Counted from the stretch's first letter, positions 18,734 to 27,769 are shown. The stretch: 64,000 bases of DNA from Candidatus Gottesmanbacteria bacterium UBA6580 (GCA_002433895.1 DJJA01000003.1:447745-511744), one strand, 5' to 3'. Notes: generated by a model from the letters alone, not told the origin. A program made the numbers and translations.

Positions 18734-19303
18734 TTATTTATTCGTCATTCGGGATGTTATCCCATGCCGCAAAGGTTTGCTAAATGAATCCCGGCTCGGC
18801 GGACGGGATGACAAGGCTCTTAGTTTATACGAGAATCCATGAGTGACTGCAATAGCAAGTGCGTCTGCAGTGTCATCGGGGGTGGGTATTTCTTTGAGAC
18901 GGAGTAGTTTTGTGACCATTTTCCCGACCTGAGATTTTTCGGCTGCCCCACTGCCGCATATTGATTTTTTGACGGTCATGGGGCTATAGGAAGTCACGGG
19001 TATGTGTGCCTGCGCGCATGCCAAAAGTATGACGCCACGGGCTTGACCCACAGCGATGGCTGTTTTGGCATTTGTCGCAAAGAATAAATCTTCCACGCCA
19101 ATTTCTTTGGGTTTATAGGTTTTGATGAGTTTCGTAAACGCGGTATACAGTTGCGCGAGGCGTTCTGAAGGTGAATCTATTTTATCGGTCATGATACATC
19201 CGTATGCCTTAGCGGATATTTTGCCTCCGTTATCTTCAACGACTCCCCAACCAATACGCGCTGTTCCCGGATCAACACCAAGTATCGTCATCATATGTTC
19301 CAT
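18734..19303 (-). CDS. ruvC: crossover junction endodeoxyribonuclease RuvC (true start probably 9-12 nt inside, at MMTILG)
   Basis: ILGVDPGTARIGWGV N-terminal RNase-H-fold motif. Forms the ruvC-ruvA-ruvB order. Confidence 0.9.
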   Translation of the reverse strand: MEHMMTILGVDPGTARIGWGVVEDNGGKISAKAYGCIMTDKIDSPSERLAQLYTAFTKLIKTYKPKEIGVEDLFFATNAKTAIAVGQARGVILLACAQAHIPVTSYSPMTVKKSICGSGAAEKSQVGKMVTKLLRLKEIPTPDDTADALAIAVTHGFSYKLRALSSRPPSRDSFSKPLRHGITSRMTNK

Positions 19304-19335
19304 TATAAGCAGTCGGGCACTATAATAAAAATTAT

Positions 19336-19710
19336 ATGCCAGTATTGCAGTTTATCGCGGCAGCGGTTGGAGCAACGGTGATGCTTTCAATCACCAGCAT
19401 CGTATGGCCCAAGGTAACGAGTGAACCGCGTCCTGAAGCGCTCACCAAAGTGCACGACATGGTTATGGAAACGAAGGCGGGGCAGGATCTGGCAAATACG
19501 TTGGGCGTAAGCGATGAACGGGCCGTCCAACCGGTGAGTATTTCATCCGTCGCGTCATCCGCCGTGCAAAATGCCGTTACTGCCGTTTCTTCCCAGGCGC
19601 AAAGTGCCGTAACGACGCACGTGCTTGAGGTGGTGGTAAAACAAGTAGAACAATTATCACCGCAAGATCAGGAAAAATTCCGTCAGCTTATTTGTGCGCC
19701 CGCCGAGTAA
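19336..19710 (+). CDS. hypothetical small protein with an N-terminal TM segment
   Basis: 124-aa ORF in an otherwise empty interval. Ala/Ser/Val-rich helical repeat region. No homolog recognised. Confidence 0.35.
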   Translation: MPVLQFIAAAVGATVMLSITSIVWPKVTSEPRPEALTKVHDMVMETKAGQDLANTLGVSDERAVQPVSISSVASSAVQNAVTAVSSQAQSAVTTHVLEVVVKQVEQLSPQDQEKFRQLICAPAE

Positions 19711-20806
19711 GGTGCCACGCGGCAATCGCGGTGGTAAGCGGGACAGCCGCAATAAGCCCAAAACTTCCTGAAAGTGTCCGCACGATTTCTTCTGTTATTG
19801 TTTCGCTGTTTATTATCGACCACAGCGGATAGTTGTTTGGATTGGTGATGAGGATAATAAAAATCGGTAGTGAGGCACCGGCATACGCAAGAACCAGAGT
19901 GTTGACGAGTGAGGACACGTGCTCCCGCCCTACCCGGAGTCCTGCACTAAAAAGTTCGGAAAACGAGAGATTCGCGTTTGCCCGCTTGAGCTCAAAAACA
20001 GAAGCGGTTAGTCCGGTGGTTACGTCGTCGAGCACCCCGAGGGCTCCTATCAATATGCCTCCCAATAACAGTCCTTTGAAATTTACTATCGTGGTAAGTC
20101 CGAGTTTGAGAGAATACGCGTCCTCACTCCCGAGTCCGGTCAAATGGGTGGCTTTTACCAGGAGCACAGAAAGACCTCCGGTAAACAACAGGGTGAGTAA
20201 TGTGGAGACAAGCGCGATGCTTGTTTGCAGGGAAAATCCGTGCGCTAAATAAATAGTCGTCAGCATGATACACATGCTTCCCGCGATGCTAATAATAAGC
20301 GGATCATTGCCAGCAAGAATTTGGGGAACGATAAACTGTACGATAACAATGACACTTACAGCCATTCCGATCATTGATCCGATGCCACGCCAACCGCTGA
20401 GCAATACTACCGCCACCGCGAACGCGATAAGAAACGGGAGGAGTGTGGGTAAGCGGTAGGAGTCGATAATCTGAAAAATAGGGGAAAGATCGGGACCGGT
20501 TGTCCGTACGACAACCACCGGTTGTCCGGGTTTCACAAATTTATCTTTATCGATACTGAATATGGTACCGTGATCAATGGTAAATTCTTTTCCGCGGAGG
20601 TTTCCGTCCAGGATTTCTATATGCACAATCTGGTAAGGGACGGTTACTCCGTTTGCGTCCTTGGATCCCTCTTCTATTATCTGTTCTACCCGTGCTTTGT
20701 AGTAGGTATCCTGAAACGACAGGCTATCTTGGGCTTGCAATCGGGATAAAGGCGTGAGTAAAAGAACCATGAAAAATACGATGGGGAGACTGAAACGCCG
20801 GAGCAT
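19688..20806 (-). CDS. YibE/F-family integral membrane protein
   Basis: Signal/TM start MLRRFSLPIVFF, a soluble N-domain, then about 8 TM helices typical of YibE/F. The ORF-track TTG start at 20830 is less likely. Confidence 0.7.
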   Translation of the reverse strand: MLRRFSLPIVFFMVLLLTPLSRLQAQDSLSFQDTYYKARVEQIIEEGSKDANGVTVPYQIVHIEILDGNLRGKEFTIDHGTIFSIDKDKFVKPGQPVVVVRTTGPDLSPIFQIIDSYRLPTLLPFLIAFAVAVVLLSGWRGIGSMIGMAVSVIVIVQFIVPQILAGNDPLIISIAGSMCIMLTTIYLAHGFSLQTSIALVSTLLTLLFTGGLSVLLVKATHLTGLGSEDAYSLKLGLTTIVNFKGLLLGGILIGALGVLDDVTTGLTASVFELKRANANLSFSELFSAGLRVGREHVSSLVNTLVLAYAGASLPIFIILITNPNNYPLWSIINSETITEEIVRTLSGSFGLIAAVPLTTAIAAWHLTRRAHK

Positions 20807-20828
20807 ATATGTATTATAGTAGACCACC

Positions 20829-20854
20829 AAAAATCCCGCTATGGCGGGATTTTT
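20829..20854. other. perfect palindrome/hairpin AAAAATCCCGC-tatg-GCGGGATTTTT in a divergent intergenic region
   Basis: 11-bp arms flanked by A- and T-runs. Lies between the YibE/F start and the zur promoter. Confidence 0.5.
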
Positions 20855-20912
20855 GGATGTATTGTGTAAAATGGCGCCAGGAATTGGCTATACACCGTTA
20901 TATCATGGTGTA

Positions 20913-20941
20913 TTGACAAATGCAAGTTACTTGCATATACT
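20913..20941 (+). promoter_or_regulatory. sigma70 consensus promoter TTGACA-17-TATACT with a perfect 17-bp palindrome (ATGCAAGT-T-ACTTGCAT, 20920-20936) in the spacer; candidate Fur/Zur box
   Basis: Direct sequence reading. The -10 ends 7 nt before the zur ATG, so the transcript is nearly leaderless. Confidence 0.6.
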
Positions 20942-20948
20942 GAACCTC

Positions 20949-21377
20949 ATGAAACCCGTTGCAAAACATGATTGTAAAGAAGAGCTGCATAATGCAAAGC
21001 TCCGTGTAACCCCCGCGCGGCTTGGGGTGCTCGCCATGTTGGAGCAGACAGATGTGCCGGTAGACGTATCGATGATTGCTGATTATCTTAAAAAACAAAA
21101 AATTGCTGCAGACGAAGTCACCGTGTTCCGGATACTCAACACCTTCACCGATAAGGGAATTACCAAACCCATACAACTTAATGAAGGCAAGCTCCGGTAT
21201 GAATATGCTCATAAAGCGAAGCATCATCATTTTTTCTGTGAAAAGTGTAAAACGATTACCGATGTAGAAGGGTGCACAGTGAGTGGTCTTGAGCGGCAGA
21301 TAGAGGAGACCACCGGTGGAAAAGTGACCAGGCATTCATTGGAATTTTTTGGGCTTTGCCGGAGGTGTATATCATGA
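20949..21377 (+). CDS. zur: Fur-family metalloregulator (probably Zur)
   Basis: Winged-helix N-domain, HHHFFCEKCK and C-terminal CxxC motifs. Followed by a ZIP transporter gene. Confidence 0.85.
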   Translation: MKPVAKHDCKEELHNAKLRVTPARLGVLAMLEQTDVPVDVSMIADYLKKQKIAADEVTVFRILNTFTDKGITKPIQLNEGKLRYEYAHKAKHHHFFCEKCKTITDVEGCTVSGLERQIEETTGGKVTRHSLEFFGLCRRCIS

Positions 21378-22120
21378 CAAATTTGTACGTTATCGTATCG
21401 GTGGTCATCGTCAGTTTACTTTCACTTTTGGGTGCGGTACTTATGGTTGTCCAGCGTCAAAAGTTGAATTTTATGATTACGTATGCGTTGGCGTTTTCTT
21501 CGGGTGTTATGTTGGGTGCGACGTTTTTTGATTTGCTGCCAGAGGCAGTGGAATTGCTGCCGGAGAGCGCGTTTTCGTGGGTACTTATCGGATTTGTCGG
21601 ATTTTTTGCGTTAGAAAAACTGATCGCATGGCATCATCACATAGAGGGGCGACATACTCACGAAGAGAAGCCATTGGCATATCTCACCCTTATCGGGGAC
21701 GGTATTCATAATTTTGTTGACGGGGCTGTTATTGCCGGCGCGTATCTTGTGTCCGTGCCGTTGGGAATAACCACAACGCTCGCGGTTATTGCACACGAGA
21801 TACCCCACGAACTGAGCGACTTTATGGTACTTATCCATGGCGGTTTGTCTTATAAGAAGGCACTCATGTATAATTTTGCGTCCGCCGCGACTGCTATCGT
21901 CGGAGCAATACTCGTATTGTTTGTATCTGAGCAGTTTTCACTGCTTGAGCAATACCTTGTCCCGCTCGCCGCAGGAAACTTTCTCTACATTGCGGCAAGT
22001 GATTTGATCCCGGAGTTGCTCACGAGCCGCAAAGGTGTGGAGTCAGTTCGGCAGATAGTGTTACTTATTGCGGGATTATGTGTGGTGCCGGTTGTGGGTA
22101 TGCTATTTGGTCACGCATAA
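21374..22120 (+). CDS. zupT: ZIP-family divalent metal (zinc) transporter, ZupT-like
   Basis: HEIPHELSDFMVL signature and 8 TM helices. ATGA-coupled to zur. Confidence 0.85.
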   Translation: MTNLYVIVSVVIVSLLSLLGAVLMVVQRQKLNFMITYALAFSSGVMLGATFFDLLPEAVELLPESAFSWVLIGFVGFFALEKLIAWHHHIEGRHTHEEKPLAYLTLIGDGIHNFVDGAVIAGAYLVSVPLGITTTLAVIAHEIPHELSDFMVLIHGGLSYKKALMYNFASAATAIVGAILVLFVSEQFSLLEQYLVPLAAGNFLYIAASDLIPELLTSRKGVESVRQIVLLIAGLCVVPVVGMLFGHA

Positions 22121-22190
22121 ATACGCTAGGTTGTGCGAGTGCTGCTTCGTTATTTACCTCCGATCATCCGTGTTACAATAAGAAGCTATT

Positions 22191-23198
22191 ATGGACGAAG
22201 AACTCAAAAAACGCGCGACAGAACTTCTTGAACGGCTCGACCTTGACGGTATGCGCAAGCATATCCGAGAGTTGGAAGCTGAAACGATGCATGAAAATTT
22301 TTGGAAAGATTCTGAAAGCGCCGCGCGCAAGATGCAGGATTTGGCTGCATTGCAAAAAGAACTTGCCGAAGGAGAAGAATTTTCTTTGCTTCTTGAGTTA
22401 GGGGAAGAAGAAAAGCTCAAATCAGAAATTACGCGGCTGGAATTTGCTCTTTACCTCTCTGGCCCGTATGACAAAGGAAATGCCATATTGGCGCTTCATG
22501 CCGGGCAAGGGGGGACAGAGGCGATGGATTGGACTGGTATGCTCTACCGTATGTATACGCGGTACATAGAGCAAAAGGGCTGGAAAATGGAAGAAATGGA
22601 CTATACCGCGGGTGATGAGGCGGGAATAAAAAGTGTCACCATAGAGGTGACTGGCCGTTTTGCGTTCGGGTTTTTGAAAGCGGAGGCGGGTGTACACCGG
22701 TTGGTGCGGCAATCCCCGTTTAACGCAGACAAATTACGCCAGACATCTTTTGCCATGGTAGAAGTATTGCCCATCGTCGATGAAGTGGGAGTTGATATTA
22801 AAGAAGAAGATCTCGTATGGGAATTTTACCGGAGTGGCGGCAAAGGCGGACAAAACGTCAATAAAGTCTCGACGGCGGTACGGCTTAAACATATTCCCAC
22901 GGGCATTATTGTCACCAGTCAAGCGCAGCGGTATCAGGGGCAGAATAGGGAGTTTGCGCTCAAAGTGCTTCGTGCCAAGCTGTGGGAAGTAGAAGAGGCA
23001 AAGCGGAAGAGTCAGGATAAAGCGTTCCGCGGCGAATACAAAACGCCGGGCTGGGGAAATCAAATCCGTTCGTATGTTTTGCACCCCTATCATATGGTCA
23101 AAGACCTGCGAACGGAATATGAAACATCAGCAACAGATAGGGTGCTTGACGGGGATTTGGAAGATTTCATATTGGCATACTTGAAAAAATATTCCTGA
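22191..23198 (+). CDS. prfB: peptide chain release factor 2
   Basis: SPF tripeptide (RF2-specific) and GGQ motif (SGGKGGQNVNKV). Single uninterrupted frame. Confidence 0.9.
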   Translation: MDEELKKRATELLERLDLDGMRKHIRELEAETMHENFWKDSESAARKMQDLAALQKELAEGEEFSLLLELGEEEKLKSEITRLEFALYLSGPYDKGNAILALHAGQGGTEAMDWTGMLYRMYTRYIEQKGWKMEEMDYTAGDEAGIKSVTIEVTGRFAFGFLKAEAGVHRLVRQSPFNADKLRQTSFAMVEVLPIVDEVGVDIKEEDLVWEFYRSGGKGGQNVNKVSTAVRLKHIPTGIIVTSQAQRYQGQNREFALKVLRAKLWEVEEAKRKSQDKAFRGEYKTPGWGNQIRSYVLHPYHMVKDLRTEYETSATDRVLDGDLEDFILAYLKKYS

Positions 23199-23207
23199 AC
23201 CCAGATA

Positions 23208-23684
23208 ATGGATAGTATGAGAATAACTACTCCCCATCCTGCTGCATCACCAGTACTGAGGCCGGTCGATATGAAAGATCAATCACAGGATATGAATACA
23301 CTTAAGAAAGATGCACGGGTGGTGCTTGTTGTTTATGTCATTTTGCTTTTGTTAGGTGTGGGCACCGGCTATCTTTTGAGCCAAAAAGGTTCTGGTCCGC
23401 TTGCCCCCAAAGGGACGCCAGTCTCTACCAATAAGATAATCGGAGTGCAGGATGCTTCAACGTTTAAAGACTGCGCGACCGGGACTATTGAAAAGGACGG
23501 TGTGGAGGGTGAAGGAACCCATAAGCTCGTGCGTGACGGAGGCCCGAGCCAGACAGCGTACTTAGTTTCGTCAATTATTGATATGGATCAGTATGTCGGT
23601 TTAAAAGCAAAAGTATGCGGTCAGACGCTTGCTGCCAAAAAAGTATCATGGCTCATGGATGTTGGCAGGATTGAACTTGAATGA
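23208..23684 (+). CDS. hypothetical membrane-anchored protein
   Basis: One TM segment (VVLVVYVILLLLGVGTGYLL). ATGA-coupled to ftsE. Confidence 0.45.
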   Translation: MDSMRITTPHPAASPVLRPVDMKDQSQDMNTLKKDARVVLVVYVILLLLGVGTGYLLSQKGSGPLAPKGTPVSTNKIIGVQDASTFKDCATGTIEKDGVEGEGTHKLVRDGGPSQTAYLVSSIIDMDQYVGLKAKVCGQTLAAKKVSWLMDVGRIELE

Positions 23685-24415
23685 TTTACTTTTCCAACGT
23701 CTCCAAATATTATCCGGGGAACATTCCTGGTCTTGTCGATGTAACCGTAGAAATACCGGCAGGGGAATTTGTGTTTTTGATTGGTCCTTCCGGAAGCGGT
23801 AAAACCACTTTTTTGCGGTTGCTTATCCGTGATTTATTACCTTCGAGCGGTGTTATTACCATAGAAAACGCGGATATATCTAAATTTAACGCTTCCAATA
23901 TCCATATACTGCGGAGAAAAGTAGGTATCGTATTTCAGGATTTTAAATTGCTCTTGGACCGCACGGTATATGAAAATATCGCGATGGTGCTTGAGATTTT
24001 GGGTAAACCTGAGCGTGATATCGAAAAAGGGGTAATGAATGTGCTTGAGCTCGTGGGGCTTCCTGACAAAAGAAATTTATTCCCGATGCAGCTATCTGCA
24101 GGTGAAATGCAGCGGACGAGTATCGCCCGCGCGATCGTGGGCGGGCCTAAAATACTACTTGCCGACGAGCCTACCGGTAATCTGGATCCCGACACCGCTT
24201 GGGGTATTATGGAAATACTCAAAGAGGTAAATGACCTCGGCACTACCGTTATCGTCGCCAGTCATAATGCGGACATCGTCAATAAGATGAAAAAGCGGAC
24301 GCTCACGATCAAAGGCGGTGGCGTTGTACGGGATGAAGCCCGTGGTCATTATCACTTGGAAAAGCACGAAAAGAAAAATGTAGCCAAAGGGGGAAAACAC
24401 GATGCCGATCACTAG
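23681..24415 (+). CDS. ftsE: cell-division ABC ATP-binding protein FtsE
   Basis: Walker A GPSGSGKTT, LSAGEMQR and Walker B LLADEPT. Immediately upstream of ftsX. Confidence 0.92.
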   Translation: MIYFSNVSKYYPGNIPGLVDVTVEIPAGEFVFLIGPSGSGKTTFLRLLIRDLLPSSGVITIENADISKFNASNIHILRRKVGIVFQDFKLLLDRTVYENIAMVLEILGKPERDIEKGVMNVLELVGLPDKRNLFPMQLSAGEMQRTSIARAIVGGPKILLADEPTGNLDPDTAWGIMEILKEVNDLGTTVIVASHNADIVNKMKKRTLTIKGGGVVRDEARGHYHLEKHEKKNVAKGGKHDADH

Positions 24416-25295
24416 AGATGTCAAAACCCATATAAGAAGAAGCCCATATCAGGCGATGGCGGCCACGCTCACGATGTTTTTGACCTTTCTTGTAGGTGGC
24501 GTGTTTTTTCTGGCAACGATGACGTCGGTGATGGTATTGGGGTACTTTGAGGGAAAGCCACAGATTACGGTATTTTTGGCACCTAAGGCTGGCCAGTTGG
24601 AAGCTGATAATCTCAAGGCGAAATTAGAAAGTACCGGAAAAGTCGCGTCAACCCAATATGTTTCCAAAGAAGAGGCGCTCACTATTTACCGCCAGCAAAA
24701 CCAAAATGACCCACTGCTCCTAGAGATGGTTACCGCAGATATTCTCCCCGCGTCTCTGGAGGTGTCCGCTACCGATCCCCAGTATCTATCAGACCTGGTG
24801 ACCGCCATTGAGGGCACCGAAGGGGTAGATGAGGTTGTGTACCAGCGTGATGTGGTCGACTCATTGCTTTCGTGGACTAATGCTATCCGGTGGGTTGGCG
24901 GGACACTCGCATTGCTTTTGGTCATCGATTCACTCCTTATTATCGGTACGGTGATCGCCATGAAAATCGCGCTGAAACGAGATGAGATTGAAATACTGAT
25001 GTTGGTAGGCGCTTCACCCTGGACAATACGCGCGCCTTTCGTGCTTGAAGGCGGTGTGTATGGCTTGGCGGGGGCAGGGATAGCCTCGGTTATACTGAGC
25101 GCACTCATCGCCTGGCTACGTCCGTATCTGTTTTCATTCTTGGGATCCATTCCTCCGTTTGGTATGCTCCTCGGCAGTCTCACGTCGCCTGCTTTCCTTA
25201 TTTCCATTGCCGTATTTATCGCGGCAAATCTACTGATTGGATTTATTTTAGGAGCAATAGGGAGCTCCATCGCGCTAAGAAGATACCTGAAATAA
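24402..25295 (+). CDS. ftsX: cell-division permease-like protein FtsX
   Basis: N-terminal TM, a periplasmic domain, and the C-terminal FtsX 3-TM bundle. Confidence 0.9.
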   Translation: MPITRDVKTHIRRSPYQAMAATLTMFLTFLVGGVFFLATMTSVMVLGYFEGKPQITVFLAPKAGQLEADNLKAKLESTGKVASTQYVSKEEALTIYRQQNQNDPLLLEMVTADILPASLEVSATDPQYLSDLVTAIEGTEGVDEVVYQRDVVDSLLSWTNAIRWVGGTLALLLVIDSLLIIGTVIAMKIALKRDEIEILMLVGASPWTIRAPFVLEGGVYGLAGAGIASVILSALIAWLRPYLFSFLGSIPPFGMLLGSLTSPAFLISIAVFIAANLLIGFILGAIGSSIALRRYLK

Positions 25296-25304
25296 CCTGA
25301 TGTA

Positions 25305-26447
25305 TTGCGCATGAGAATGTTTCTTCGGATAGCTGCCACCGTTATACTTGTTTTGCTCGTCACCGTGCGGGTTTCTGCTGCTACCGTAGAAGAGAAGGAC
25401 TCCGAAATCCAGAAGCTCAAGGACAAAATTACCGGTCTGCAGTCCGAACAAAATACCCTCTCGAAGCAGATTACCTTGCTGGATTCACAGATTAAGCTTA
25501 CGACACTGCAGATGCAGGATACGGAACGAAAGGTGGAGGTATTAGAAAATGAGATAAAGGAGTTAACCGGGGAAATCAGCCGGCTTGAAGAGCTCAAAAC
25601 CAAACGGTTGGAGTTGGTGCTTCACCGGATACCGCAATCGTATAAGCGGTCTTCGTCTTCGCAATTCGGCTGGTTACTGTTTAGCCAGAATTTTTCCGAT
25701 TTACTGACCCGCGCAAAATATCTAGTGCAGGTGCAGGAAGAAGATACTCAGCTGTATAAGCAGCTGCAGCTGACGCAAATAAATTATAATGAGCGGCGCG
25801 ACGTGCGTGAAGAAAAACGTCTGGAGCAGGAAGCGCTTCGTAAGCAGCTCGAGAAGCATACGGTGGATTTGGCAAACCAAAAAAAACAAAAGCAGGCACT
25901 TCTTGATCAGACAAGAAACAGTGAGTCGGTGTACCAGCGCTTACTCGCGCAGGCGTTGGCCGAGAAACAGGCATTGGAACGCGCGTTGGTCGACTCAGTC
26001 AAGGTGGGTCCGGTGAAAAAAGGCGACCCGATTGCGCTGGTCGGCAACACCGGGTATCCATCCTGTTCGACGGGAGCGCATCTTCATTTTGAAGTGCGGC
26101 AGGGCGGATCATGGGTTGATCCTTCGGGATATCTTTCCAACAAAACGATACGGGATGATCAGGCGGGTGGAGATTGGACGTTGGGGAGCGGTAGTTGGAG
26201 TTGGCCGCTTGCCGATACCATACGCATGACACAGCACTTTGGCAAAACTCCCTGGTCGTGGCGGTATAGTTATTCCGGGGGTATCCATACCGGCTTTGAT
26301 ATGGTTTCAACAGGTGGTGATGTTATCCGCGCACCATCTGATGGCGAATTATATTCTTCTAGCCAATCATGCGGTTCGAGTATTATCAAGATTAAGTATA
26401 TAGATCACGGCGGTGGCACCATCAGCTTTTATCTTCATGTGCAATAA
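25305..26447 (+). CDS. EnvC-like coiled-coil murein hydrolase activator/peptidase with an M23 (LytM) domain whose conserved motifs are in permuted order
   Basis: Signal peptide and about 200 aa of coiled coil. Then GNTGYPSCSTGAHLHFEVRQGG (normally the C-terminal M23 motif) precedes WPLADTIRMTQHFG ... GGIHTGFDM ... IDHGGGTISFYLH (normally the N-terminal HxGxD and H-containing motifs). Confidence 0.75.
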   Translation: MRMRMFLRIAATVILVLLVTVRVSAATVEEKDSEIQKLKDKITGLQSEQNTLSKQITLLDSQIKLTTLQMQDTERKVEVLENEIKELTGEISRLEELKTKRLELVLHRIPQSYKRSSSSQFGWLLFSQNFSDLLTRAKYLVQVQEEDTQLYKQLQLTQINYNERRDVREEKRLEQEALRKQLEKHTVDLANQKKQKQALLDQTRNSESVYQRLLAQALAEKQALERALVDSVKVGPVKKGDPIALVGNTGYPSCSTGAHLHFEVRQGGSWVDPSGYLSNKTIRDDQAGGDWTLGSGSWSWPLADTIRMTQHFGKTPWSWRYSYSGGIHTGFDMVSTGGDVIRAPSDGELYSSSQSCGSSIIKIKYIDHGGGTISFYLHVQ

Positions 26448-26492
26448 ATCTTACTGAAAAGCCTCATGATGGCTGCTATACTGTGAACCCAA

Positions 26493-27335
26493 ATGTCCTG
26501 CCGGGGTTTTCTGTTGTACTGCGGGTTGGCGCTTTGTGCCACCGGTTTTTTCCGTTCTCCGGTGGTTGCCGCATTTTCCTTTCGTGTCGCGTCTGTGACA
26601 CCCGCCTCCCTGACTTCCAAGGAGCAGGAAGTACAGGTGGTACTGGATTTTTCTGGATTACCAAGCGCTTCATATTTCCGTGTAGCTTTCCAAAAGGAGG
26701 GGAGCGATAGTTATATTGGATATCTCAAAAATGACCGCGATGAATGGACAAAAATTGCTTCGTTGGGCACGTCTGACTGCGTGAACTATTTTAGTGTGTC
26801 CGATGTGAGTTCGACCAGCGCTACGTTATATATAAAAATAGGTGAGGATCAGGCGGTAGAGTCGGGTACGTATGTGATAAAGGCTCACCGATATACCAGT
26901 TCTTGTAAATCATACTCGGCCGCAAGTGATGCGACACCCCAAAAAGTGATACTCACGATTCCCACTCCAACCGCTACCCCAACATCAGTTCCGACTCCAA
27001 CCCTGACCAACCCAACCCCAACTTCTTATCCGGCATATACCCCAACTCCCGTAACGATAACCCCTCCGTGGCACCCGACCCCGTACCGCACGCATACGCC
27101 AACGAGGGTGCCCACATTGCCATATACCTCTGATATACTGGGAATAGAACAGGAAGCAACTGCCGGAGCAGCAGTTCCTCATGTTCGTCTGGAAGCGACA
27201 ACCAGCGGGAATACCGTGGCGGGTAAGGAGCGGTTAGTATTGATTGCGTTGCTTGTGATGAGTGTTGGCGTAGGTTTACTCTCATTTGCCTTAGCTATGA
27301 AGAAGGTAGAAATATGGAAAACAATCATGGAATAA
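26493..27335 (+). CDS. hypothetical surface protein with a Pro/Thr-rich linker and a C-terminal TM anchor
   Basis: Hydrophobic N-terminus, a globular region, about 60 aa of PTPT low complexity (nt ~26950-27130), and a C-terminal hydrophobic helix. Confidence 0.5.
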   Translation: MSCRGFLLYCGLALCATGFFRSPVVAAFSFRVASVTPASLTSKEQEVQVVLDFSGLPSASYFRVAFQKEGSDSYIGYLKNDRDEWTKIASLGTSDCVNYFSVSDVSSTSATLYIKIGEDQAVESGTYVIKAHRYTSSCKSYSAASDATPQKVILTIPTPTATPTSVPTPTLTNPTPTSYPAYTPTPVTITPPWHPTPYRTHTPTRVPTLPYTSDILGIEQEATAGAAVPHVRLEATTSGNTVAGKERLVLIALLVMSVGVGLLSFALAMKKVEIWKTIME

Positions 27336-27769
27336 ACAATGCGGTATCCAGGAAAATAATTGGGGTATATTGGGCGCCGGTCGTGGTATGGATGATAATT
27401 ATTTTTTTGTTATCGAGTAGGCAGAGTGTTACTGTTTCACCCGAGTATTTTCTCAACTTCCTGTTTTTTAAAACGCTTCATATTATTGAATACTCGATAT
27501 TGTTTGCGTTGACCGCGAGAGCATTGTACCGAGGCGGGAGAGGGGAAGTGAAGCGCGATGTATACGTGTGGGCATTTATCATGACAGTTGTGTATGCGAT
27601 GAGTGATGAGTTACATCAGCAGTTCGTGCCGAGCAGGCAGGGGCACCTGCGCGATGTTATAATTGATGGCATCGGAGCGGGACTTACATGGTTTTACCTC
27701 GTACAATTATTACCAAAAGCGCCGAAGAAACTAAAAAATTTGGCGAGAAATTTGGACATTCCTTTTTAG
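27314..27769 (+). CDS. VanZ-family membrane protein
   Basis: 4 TM helices and the conserved DELHQQFVPSRQGHLRDVIIDGIGAG motif. Confidence 0.75.
   Translation: MENNHGINNAVSRKIIGVYWAPVVVWMIIIFLLSSRQSVTVSPEYFLNFLFFKTLHIIEYSILFALTARALYRGGRGEVKRDVYVWAFIMTVVYAMSDELHQQFVPSRQGHLRDVIIDGIGAGLTWFYLVQLLPKAPKKLKNLARNLDIPF

Noticed and set aside
22121-22300. Programmed +1 frameshift site expected in prfB (CUU UGA C)
   Set aside because: RF2 is encoded in one uninterrupted frame from its N-terminus, and no CTTTGA motif is present. This is a non-frameshifted prfB.
22078-22401. 107-aa + strand ORF overlapping the prfB 5' end
   Set aside because: Different frame from the clearly homologous RF2 N-terminus. 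Cys/Lys-rich junk.
24686-25603. 305-aa minus-strand ORF antisense to ftsX and the M23 gene
   Set aside because: Overlaps two well-supported + strand genes and is Ser-rich low complexity. Spurious.
26950-27130. Pro/Thr codon repetition, possible DNA tandem repeat
   Set aside because: Repetition is at the amino-acid level only. There are no exact nucleotide repeat units longer than about 9 nt.
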